A DNA stretch of 36,935 nucleotides from a virus. Under the pieces are notes generated by a model that did not search any database, had not been told where the DNA came from, and worked only from the letters and a program-made list of their open reading frames with translations. The number at the start of each line of letters is the position of its first letter. The stretch's first letter is position 1. The stretch lies in the IMG/VR virus record IMGVR_UViG_3300038859_000015, positions 1-36,935 of that record; one strand, 5' to 3'. Shown piece by piece: positions 9,571-16,274 of the stretch. The position numbers and the translations under genes were made by a program.

Positions 9571-9881
9571 CCGCTACACATAAATACACCTGCTACAGAA
9601 TAATTTGGCATATTTGTAGCAGGTTTTGGGAGGTGTAAGTTATTGATTTATATAAAATTATTAGATATATTACTACAAATACTACTCTTTTTACTATAGA
9701 AGAGTATTAAAATAGAAATAAGTAAGAGAGAGGAAATAGAAGGGGGGGGGAGAATAGAGATTGGTGTAGCGTGTAGCAAAGTGTAGCGGGCAAAATTCGT
9801 AGCAATTAACCTAAGTTATTGATTCCAAATGCATTTCTCACAGTTTATAACTCCAAATTTACAGCTACAGATTATTGTAGT
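9571..9881. repeat. array of (G/T)TGTAGC heptamer repeats (iteron-like) in both orientations
   Basis: GTGTAGC at 9764-9770, 9771-9777 and 9781-9787; TCGTAGC at 9797-9803; TTGTAGC at 9614-9620. Reverse copies: GCTACAC 9573-9579, GCTACAG 9592-9598 and GCTACAG 9864-9870. Confidence 0.75.
9589..9623. promoter_or_regulatory. operator-like inverted repeat CCTGCTACA-N17-TGTAGCAGG
   Basis: Perfect 9-bp arms at 9589-9597 and 9615-9623 in the divergent intergenic region. Confidence 0.6.
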
Positions 9882-9886
9882 AGTAT
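9858..9886 (+). promoter_or_regulatory. sigma70-like promoter for the plus (early/replication) arm: TTTACA-N17-TAGTAT
   Basis: -35 at 9858-9863 and -10 at 9881-9886. Same architecture as four other intergenic sites in this genome. Confidence 0.55.
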
Positions 9887-9895
9887 CTCTTCTCA

Positions 9896-9984
9896 GCAGC
9901 TTCGGGCCTGTCATGACCCTCAAGGTACCTGCCATGTGGTCCTCATGTCACCATCCCTCAGCAAGTTGGCGTGCCCGAAGCTGC
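9896..9984 (+). promoter_or_regulatory. structured 5' leader: 12-bp long-range stem GCAGCTTCGGGC / GCCCGAAGCTGC followed by TTCCTTTATT
   Basis: Arms at 9896-9907 and 9973-9984 are perfect reverse complements, with a T-rich tail after the 3' arm. The element lies between the promoter and the primase-helicase ATG. Confidence 0.5.
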
Positions 9985-10071
9985 TTCCTTTATTGCGCTG
10001 AGGTAAATAAAGAACGGTTCCCGACACGCTGAGGGCGGGGTAATTGGTGACACTTATATAGAAGACATTAC

Positions 10072-12159
10072 ATGGCAAGACGTAATCGAACAACTGACCA
10101 TAAGGCGCAGGGCCTGGGCGAGAAGAAACTCGCTACCTCTGGTCTCACTATGGATGATGCTAAACTGCTTCACATGCAGTGCTTAGGCAGTCAACAAACC
10201 TCACGGCTTCACCCCTCATTCAAGCAGCTTTGCTCGCTCAAGATCTCATACTTAGGGCCAGATGGTGAGCCCCTCCCAGACTGGCATGAGGCCGATCCTT
10301 TCTATCGTCTTCGCTATTTAGAAACCCCTACTGATTTCGATGCCGTTACCCAGAAGAAGCCGGTCCGCTACGTGCAGGCACCCAATACTGCTCCCGTGGC
10401 CTATTACCCACAGAACTTCGATGGTTGGGTGGACCTGTGCATGAACCCTGATGAGCCGTTGATCATCACTGAAGGCGAGCTCAAGGCCGCCAAGGCGTGC
10501 AAGGAAGGGTTTCCCACACTGGGTTTGGGTGGCGTGTACAATTGGCGTAGCAACCGCCTTGGTATAGAGTGGCTGCCATCACTGGCGCCCATTGAGTGGC
10601 GGAAGCGGAACGTCTACCTCTGCTTTGACTCCGACTACAAGACCAACCCCATGGTGTGCGCCGCCTTAAGAGACTTTGCCAATGAGCTACAACGGCGCGG
10701 CGCGTTCTGCTACTTAGTGGCCCTGCCGCAGCTTCCTGGTCTCGATAAAATCGGTCTTGATGACTTCCTAGTTCATGCTGGCCCATCGGCGAATGAAATG
10801 TTCAGAGAGCTTTTGACACTGGCTGAGCCGTTAGGGCTGGCAGCACCGCTGTGGGAGTACAACAAACGGTACGTGTACATCCGGAAGCCCGGTCTCGTGG
10901 TTGACCAACAGGACATGGAGAACAAGGTCTCACCTGGCGCCTTTAAGGATCACCTTGAATCAACAGCTAATTATCAAGAACGGCAGATTAAGGCCGATGG
11001 TAGCATCTCATTTAAGGCCGTCTCCGCCGCCGGTGCTTGGTTGAAGTGGCCACTCCGTTTAGAGGCCATGCGGCTAACATACGAGCCAGGTGACGAGCGA
11101 TTCACTAAGAAGAACGAGCTGAACACCTGGCCGGGTTGGGGGTGCGAGGCGAAGGCCGGGAAGGTTGAGCTGTTCCTTAAGTTGTTAGAGCATCTGTTCA
11201 ACGGCACGGAACCCGAGGCAATGCAGTGGTTTCTCAGATGGTGCGCGCAACCGTTGCAGACCCCTGGGATCAAGATGTTCAGCTCAGTCGTGATTCATGG
11301 TATTAAGCACGGTACAGGTAAGTCGTTGGTCGGTTACACCTTGGCCCGGATCTACGGCAAGAACTTTACCGAGATCAACCAGATGGACCTGCATAATAAT
11401 TTTAATGAGTGGGCCGAGTCCAAGCAGTTCGTGATGGGTGATGACGTCACTGGTTCAAACAAGCGGCAGGATGCGGACTTCTTGAAGAAGATGATTACCC
11501 AGAAAGAGCTCAGGATCAATGCCAAGTACACCCCCAGCTACGTTGTCCCTGACTGCATCAACTACTTCTTTACCTCCCAGCACCCGGACTCGTTCTTCTT
11601 AGAGGACGATGACCGCCGGTTCTTTATCCATGAGGTGTTGGTGGGGCCGCAGGACGAGGAGTTCTACACTGACTACATGGGATGGCTTGAAAACGGCGGG
11701 GCTGAGGCGGTGTTCGATTATCTGCTCAAACTGGACCTTGGTGACTTTAACCCTGCGGCCCCAGCTTACCGCACTGCGGCGAAGGAGCGGATGATTAACA
11801 CTGGCCGTTCCGATCTCGGGTCATGGGTCCGTCAGCTGATCGCCACCCCTGATCAGGTGCTTCGAGTCGGGGACGTAGTGTGCGATAAGGACCTGCTGAC
11901 CTCGAAGGAGTTGCTGTTGTATTATGATCCTGAAGGCCGAACTGGTACCACGGCCAACGGCTTGGGACGGGAGCTGTCACGGGCAGGGATCCGCCAGGTA
12001 AGTGACGGGAAGCCGATCCGTCTGCCTGATGGGTCACAAGCCCGGTACTACGCCGTCAGGAACGCGGACCAGTGGTTGACGGCGCAGCCGCAGGCTTTGG
12101 TGAGTCACTTGACTGGGGATGAGAAACCCACACGGCGGAAACGGCGTCGAAAGTATTGA
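10072..12159 (+). CDS. bifunctional primase/helicase: N-terminal Toprim-like domain plus SF3 (D5/P4-type) helicase (695 aa)
   Basis: Toprim-like LIITEGELKAAKA...LCFDSDY. Walker A GIKHGTGKS, Walker B FVMGDDV, and a D5-type C-terminal region. Confidence 0.8.
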   Translation: MARRNRTTDHKAQGLGEKKLATSGLTMDDAKLLHMQCLGSQQTSRLHPSFKQLCSLKISYLGPDGEPLPDWHEADPFYRLRYLETPTDFDAVTQKKPVRYVQAPNTAPVAYYPQNFDGWVDLCMNPDEPLIITEGELKAAKACKEGFPTLGLGGVYNWRSNRLGIEWLPSLAPIEWRKRNVYLCFDSDYKTNPMVCAALRDFANELQRRGAFCYLVALPQLPGLDKIGLDDFLVHAGPSANEMFRELLTLAEPLGLAAPLWEYNKRYVYIRKPGLVVDQQDMENKVSPGAFKDHLESTANYQERQIKADGSISFKAVSAAGAWLKWPLRLEAMRLTYEPGDERFTKKNELNTWPGWGCEAKAGKVELFLKLLEHLFNGTEPEAMQWFLRWCAQPLQTPGIKMFSSVVIHGIKHGTGKSLVGYTLARIYGKNFTEINQMDLHNNFNEWAESKQFVMGDDVTGSNKRQDADFLKKMITQKELRINAKYTPSYVVPDCINYFFTSQHPDSFFLEDDDRRFFIHEVLVGPQDEEFYTDYMGWLENGGAEAVFDYLLKLDLGDFNPAAPAYRTAAKERMINTGRSDLGSWVRQLIATPDQVLRVGDVVCDKDLLTSKELLLYYDPEGRTGTTANGLGRELSRAGIRQVSDGKPIRLPDGSQARYYAVRNADQWLTAQPQALVSHLTGDEKPTRRKRRRKY

Positions 12160-12187
12160 TCCACATGAAATAATTTGAAACCACATG

Positions 12188-12216
12188 TTTACAAACCGCA
12201 CTCTCTATAGTAGAGT
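12188..12216 (+). promoter_or_regulatory. sigma70-like promoter TTTACA-N17-TAGAGT
   Basis: -35 at 12188-12193 and -10 at 12211-12216, in the 118-nt gap after the primase-helicase gene. Confidence 0.5.
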
Positions 12217-12277
12217 AACTACCAGCTGAGGGACATGCCCGAGGCATTTACTTTAACCACAACTTGAGGAATCCACC

Positions 12278-12700
12278 ATGGACCTGAACAAGATTCAAAA
12301 CACTATTGAGGCCGAGATCGAGAAGGCCAATGCCGCGGAGCGCAAGCGCATTGTGAGCCTGATCAAGGACTTTAGCAAGGACCTGATCGATGCCATCGTG
12401 AACGGTGAGGAAGACGAGGCCCCGGCTAAGAAGCCCGCTGCCAAGAAGCCTGTTAAGAAAGAGGAACCGGTTGAGGAGGAAAAAGAAGAGGCCGCTGATG
12501 CTGAGCCGGTTGATGGTAACGAGTACGTGGATGACATCGACGACGTTGAGGACGACGAGATCGAGGAGTCTGAGTATGCCGATAAGAAGGTCGGTGAGCT
12601 GCGTGCCATCTGTAAGGAGCGGAACATCACGATTCCGAAGGGCTTCAAGCAGAAAGAGATTCAAAAGCTGCTGATTCTGATCGATGAGGACCAAGAGTAA
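12278..12700 (+). CDS. acidic/lysine-rich protein with a C-terminal HeH/SAP-like motif (140 aa)
   Basis: C-terminus KKVGELRAICKERNITIPKGFKQKEIQKLLILI; low-complexity KKPAAKKPVKKEEPVEEEKEE linker; GAGGA RBS. Confidence 0.65.
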   Translation: MDLNKIQNTIEAEIEKANAAERKRIVSLIKDFSKDLIDAIVNGEEDEAPAKKPAAKKPVKKEEPVEEEKEEAADAEPVDGNEYVDDIDDVEDDEIEESEYADKKVGELRAICKERNITIPKGFKQKEIQKLLILIDEDQE

Positions 12701-12721
12701 TTGCTCTGAGTTAATCGTGAG

Positions 12722-12754
12722 AGGGTGGTCGTGAGATCACCCTTTCTTTTTCTT
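12722..12754 (+). terminator. rho-independent terminator
   Basis: AGGGTGGTC-GTGA-GATCACCCT (9-bp stem including one G.U pair) followed by TTCTTTTTCTT. Confidence 0.75.
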
Positions 12755-12779
12755 CCCGCAGTAACTAAGGACTTTCACA

Positions 12780-13508
12780 ATGAAGGAGACTTACTCACAC
12801 GAATTTAATTGGTGGCAGAAAATTGTTTCTATACTAACCACTATGTGGCGCATCAATAAGGATTCTATAGATTTTAAATGGGGATATTTCGCACCTCGGT
12901 TTGGTTTCGAATTTATGGTTCACCGCGGTGGATATTTTGATCAGCATTATGCCATCAGTTGGTGTTTGATCTGGGGCCAATTTCATATTAAGGTTCCATT
13001 CAAAACCCGAATTCCTGGGTCATGTGATACTCCCAACTACGGCATTCAAATTCACAACAATACCTTTTGGCTTCACCTTGGTGGGAAAATGAATGATTGG
13101 GAGCAGTGTGATTCTAAGTGGATCACTTGGGACTTACCGTTCTTTAGTTGGATTCATGATCTCCATCAGGTCTGGACTGGTAAGAAGTGGGTCAACCCAG
13201 GTGGCGAGTATTCTGAACCCTATAGCGATGGACGATTAGTAGAAAAACACCAATACATCTATGTCCTCAACTCCGGTGAAATTCAAGACCGAATTGCCAC
13301 CTGCTATATTGAACGGCGTATCTGGCATCGGAAGTGGTTTCCATTTTTTGAAATGGTTCGCATCTCCTTAAATATCGATTTTAATGATGAGGTAGGCGAA
13401 GAAACCGGGTCCTGGAAGGGTGGCACTGTTGGCTGTGGCTGGGAAGTGGAACCTGATGAAACTATAGAACAAGCTTTGCGACGTATGGAAGCTATCAGAA
13501 AATTTTAA
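12780..13508 (+). CDS. Trp-rich orphan protein (242 aa) in a low-GC patch
   Basis: Long intact ORF with an AAGGA RBS. Hand-counted GC is 35-40% in 12781-12900, against about 60% in 12301-12360. No family recognised. Confidence 0.65.
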   Translation: MKETYSHEFNWWQKIVSILTTMWRINKDSIDFKWGYFAPRFGFEFMVHRGGYFDQHYAISWCLIWGQFHIKVPFKTRIPGSCDTPNYGIQIHNNTFWLHLGGKMNDWEQCDSKWITWDLPFFSWIHDLHQVWTGKKWVNPGGEYSEPYSDGRLVEKHQYIYVLNSGEIQDRIATCYIERRIWHRKWFPFFEMVRISLNIDFNDEVGEETGSWKGGTVGCGWEVEPDETIEQALRRMEAIRKF

Positions 13509-13517
13509 GAGGTTGGT

Positions 13518-13847
13518 ATGGCAGAACTTACCCAAGAGCAAAAAGATTCAATTATTGAAAATCACCCCCTATATTCGGTATATCGTGCTGCGATTGAGCA
13601 AGCAGCATTCGGTAAGGGTGAGCGACATGGTGGGTGTGAGACCCCATTCTTAGATCAGCGTTGGAAACGAATTGCTGATGGACTGTGCGGACCACGAGGT
13701 CTCGCCTTTCAGGCCATTAAAAAGCTTGAAGAGGCGCTTGATAAACCAGATAAAGAGAGCTTTGAGCGGGAGCTGCTGGGTGCTATGGTCTACATGGGAA
13801 TGATTCATATCACTGAAATGGGCGTTCAAGGTGACAACACCGTTTGA
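13518..13847 (+). CDS. hypothetical protein (109 aa)
   Basis: Intact ORF with a GAGG RBS. The helical GKGERHGG...FLDQRWKRIADGL pattern is only vaguely reminiscent of small all-alpha phage NTPase-like domains. Confidence 0.5.
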   Translation: MAELTQEQKDSIIENHPLYSVYRAAIEQAAFGKGERHGGCETPFLDQRWKRIADGLCGPRGLAFQAIKKLEEALDKPDKESFERELLGAMVYMGMIHITEMGVQGDNTV

Positions 13848-14109
13848 GGTCCTGAACCTTCCTACTACTGCCACCGCTGATGAGATCAAGTCCCGTTGGC
13901 GGGAACTGGCGGGCACTCACCACCCCGATCGTGGGGGTGACGCCACTACTTTTCACACTATGCGCCAGGCCTATCAGGCCGCACTGAAGCTCGCTGACCG
14001 CCCTAAAAAGTGCCCTGAGTGCAACGGGGCCGGGAAAATCCAACAACGCTCTGGGTTTCATACCATCATGGTAATGTGCCCAACCTGTAAAGGAGCAAAA
14101 CGTCAATGA
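13831..14109 (+). CDS. J-domain (DnaJ-like) protein with a CxxCxGxG-type zinc finger (92 aa)
   Basis: PFEVLNLP...ADEIKSRWRELAGTHHPDRGGD contains the HPD tripeptide. The C-terminus is CPECNGAG...CPTCKGAK. GTG start. Confidence 0.8.
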   Translation: MTTPFEVLNLPTTATADEIKSRWRELAGTHHPDRGGDATTFHTMRQAYQAALKLADRPKKCPECNGAGKIQQRSGFHTIMVMCPTCKGAKRQ

Positions 14110-14993
14110 AACCTATGCTTGCTGCCGCGACCGACGGCACAAATCTTTCTTATCCATTGCTCGCCTCGCCAAAACTCGACGGCATCCGTGCCCTGGTCAT
14201 TGATGGCGTGGTAGTTAGCCGCTCATTGAAGCCGATCCCAATGAGCACGTGCAGCGCATCTTTGGACACACCATGTACAACGGGCTTGATGGTGAGCTCA
14301 GTGGGCGACATGACGGCACCGGATGTCTTCAATAAAACCACCTCGGGTGTCATGAGCCGTGAGGGCAGCCCTGACGTGACCTATTATATCTTTGATGACT
14401 TCACCGATTCTGAGCTACCATTTAGAGAACGGCTTATCAGTGCCATTGAACGAATCACTCAGACCAAGGGGAAGTTTCATCAGTACTTCGCACCAGTGGG
14501 GCACGTGATCATTGATAACCACGAAGAACTTGACCAGTCAGAGAACAATGCCCTGCGCATGGGCTTTGAGGGACTGATGACCCGTGATCCTGAGGGTCAA
14601 TACAAGCACGGGCGCAGTACCTTGAAACAGGGCTGGTTGCTGAAGCTAAAACGGTTTGAGGACTCAGAGGCTGAGATCATCGGGTACCAGCAGCTGATGC
14701 ACAACACCAACGAGGCCAAGAAGAACGAGCTCGGCTACCAGGAGCGCTCTTCCAAGAAGGCGGGTAAAGAGGGCAAGCCCATGATCGGGGCCATTAAGGT
14801 GCGTGATCTAAAGACCGGGGTGGAGTTTGACATCGGCACCGGCTTCGATCGGAAGCAGCGACGGAAGCTGTGGCGCGGGCGTGAGTTTCTGAATGGAAAG
14901 ATCGTGAAATACAAGTACCAGCCCACTGGCATGAAGGACAAGCCGCGGTTTCCAGTGTTCTTGGGCTTTCGTGACACGAGGGACATGTCGTGA
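14106..14993 (+). CDS. ATP-dependent DNA ligase (295 aa) with an internal frame-scrambled segment covering motif III
   Basis: Motif I SPKLDGIRA, motif IV EGLMTRD and motif V WLLKLK are in frame. The expected motif III (LDGEL) is encoded only in the -1 frame at 14240-14299. Confidence 0.8.
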   Translation: MKPMLAAATDGTNLSYPLLASPKLDGIRALVIDGVVVSRSLKPIPMSTCSASLDTPCTTGLMVSSVGDMTAPDVFNKTTSGVMSREGSPDVTYYIFDDFTDSELPFRERLISAIERITQTKGKFHQYFAPVGHVIIDNHEELDQSENNALRMGFEGLMTRDPEGQYKHGRSTLKQGWLLKLKRFEDSEAEIIGYQQLMHNTNEAKKNELGYQERSSKKAGKEGKPMIGAIKVRDLKTGVEFDIGTGFDRKQRRKLWRGREFLNGKIVKYKYQPTGMKDKPRFPVFLGFRDTRDMS

Positions 14994-15253
14994 GCATTAA
15001 ATCAATGGCAGACCATACCAATGACGGCACCAAGCGATCACCTGAACAATGTTTACAGGACTGTCTTGAGGACATTGGCAAGCGCGGGGCATTTAAGAAT
15101 GGTAAAAAGTTGTTGGTTATCGCGTTGGATGATTTTGATGGTTATCAAATGAACTGGGCGCAAGCTGGTATGAAGATGAGCGAATGTCTCGCCCTGTGTG
15201 AGGTAGCTAAGACATCATTCCTTGAACAGATGGAGTACATCAACAATGGATGA
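14990..15253 (+). CDS. hypothetical protein (87 aa)
   Basis: Intact ORF whose GTG start overlaps the ligase stop. No motif recognised. Confidence 0.5.
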   Translation: MSIKSMADHTNDGTKRSPEQCLQDCLEDIGKRGAFKNGKKLLVIALDDFDGYQMNWAQAGMKMSECLALCEVAKTSFLEQMEYINNG

Positions 15254-15452
15254 TGCCGAACGGCTCGACGCCATTGGCAACTACGGGTTGTGTGTTGCCA
15301 CCCACGACACCCTGCAGCACGGTGATTGGGAACGGGTGTGGGTCTGTCAGTACGGTCCAGCTATGGAGCGGGTGGTAATGGCACCTACCATCCGTGAGGT
15401 CATTGACGCCGCGGTGATGGACATCCATACTCTGGGCCAGCAGAAACATTGA
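15246..15452 (+). CDS. hypothetical protein (68 aa)
   Basis: The ATG at 15246 overlaps the upstream stop region. The track start at 15222 is a TTG. Confidence 0.5.
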   Translation: MDDAERLDAIGNYGLCVATHDTLQHGDWERVWVCQYGPAMERVVMAPTIREVIDAAVMDIHTLGQQKH

Positions 15453-15461
15453 AATTAGGTG

Positions 15462-15490
15462 TTTACAAATTTGATTCAACGTACTACTAT
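15462..15490 (+). promoter_or_regulatory. sigma70-like promoter TTTACA-N17-TACTAT inside a 22-nt block repeated at 22512
   Basis: TTGAAATTAGGTGTTTACAAAT at 15449-15470 is identical to 22512-22533. -10 at 15485-15490. Confidence 0.65.
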
Positions 15491-15525
15491 TAACCTACAC
15501 AAATCAACTTGCTGAGGAAATTATC

Positions 15526-15924
15526 ATGACCACCGAAAAGAAAATCCGTCTCCCCCGTGCTATGGGTAAGTGCGCTGACAAGCTTTATGAGGTGCGGCAA
15601 AAGCGCCTTGCTCTTCAAAAAGAAGTCGATGCTCTCAAGGCTGAAGAAACCGCCATCAAGAATCATATCATCAATAAGCTGCCGAAGTCCCAGGCATCAG
15701 GTATTGCCGGCAGTTTGGCGCGTGCGACAGTGATTACCAAGGAGCAACCCCAGGTTAAAGACCAAGAAGCATTCCGCAAATATATGAATCGCACCAAGCG
15801 GTTTGACCTGGCCAACAACCTCCAGCCCTCCGCCCCTGCCATTCGTGATATGTGGGAGGAGGGTAAGGACATCCCGGGTGTTGAGAAGTTCAACGTTGTT
15901 ACCGTGTCACTGAACAAGGTGTAA
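15526..15924 (+). CDS. hypothetical coiled-coil protein (132 aa)
   Basis: First gene after a promoter, with a GAGG RBS. N-terminal coiled-coil LALQKEVDALKAEETAIKNHI. Function unknown. Confidence 0.6.
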   Translation: MTTEKKIRLPRAMGKCADKLYEVRQKRLALQKEVDALKAEETAIKNHIINKLPKSQASGIAGSLARATVITKEQPQVKDQEAFRKYMNRTKRFDLANNLQPSAPAIRDMWEEGKDIPGVEKFNVVTVSLNKV

Positions 15925-15928
15925 GGCC

Positions 15929-16075
15929 ATGGAAACCTATCACGGGTACTACGCCGCCAAGTTTGCTCGGGAGGCAAAGCCCAATCCTTGCGATTGGATC
16001 ATTCTTTCTAAGCGAAATCGTGGGAAGGTGGTTCTGCAGTACATCGGAACCAGAAAAAAGAATAAGGCCCAATAA
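15929..16075 (+). CDS. possible 48-aa basic mini-protein (METYHGYYAAKFAREAKPNPCDWIILSKRNRGKVVLQYIGTRKKNKAQ)
   Basis: Translated by hand. Starts 5 nt after the upstream stop, and the RBS is weak. Confidence 0.35.
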   Translation: METYHGYYAAKFAREAKPNPCDWIILSKRNRGKVVLQYIGTRKKNKAQ

Positions 16076-16274
16076 GCCTTGTAGTTCTACGTCTTCAGAA
16101 CCGGCTCTGCCCAGACCCGCTAGCGCGAGGTATCCGGTCTCAAGTAGTAACTGCCAACACAGCCTGATCTAGGATAGAGGTTATGGCGCCGTACAGACGG
16201 CAAAGGCGAGGAGTAGACAGCGGGTGGTCGCTGCCAATCCCACACCAACTAACTTAACTCTGAGGACAAGTAAC

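Noticed and set aside
9643-9671. TTGATT-N17-TATATT and several other -35/-10-like pairs in the AT-rich stretch, including a possible minus-strand CTTACA (9639-9634) promoter for the terminase operon
   Set aside because: AT-rich sequence generates many spurious matches. None shares the conserved TTTACA context, and the late-arm promoter could not be placed with confidence.
9819-10032. Two 60-67-aa ORFs in the divergent intergenic region
   Set aside because: They overlap the predicted promoter and the structured leader and have no RBS. Their Cys/Ser/Leu-rich composition looks non-coding.
12225-12232. GCTGAGG(G) recurring downstream of the promoters (12225, 15511, 22579, 9997, 10028) and TAGCTGAGT on the minus strand at 5674-5682 and 35371-35379. 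Considered as a Chi-like or processing signal.
   Set aside because: At 15511 and 22579 it is simply the Shine-Dalgarno region. The heptamer also occurs repeatedly inside coding sequence (for example near 11701, 17889, 20485, 22413 and 26621). A 9-mer repeated once in 37 kb is within chance.
13518-13847. Assigning the 109-aa protein to a MazG-like/NTP-pyrophosphatase family
   Set aside because: The resemblance is vague (ERHGG...F...IA pattern) and cannot be supported without a profile search, so the protein is left as hypothetical.
15963-16172. 69-aa plus-strand ORF in the 15925-16274 gap
   Set aside because: It starts with a non-ATG codon, has no RBS and has a Ser/Pro-rich low-information sequence. 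The hand-found ORF at 15929-16075 is only marginally better.
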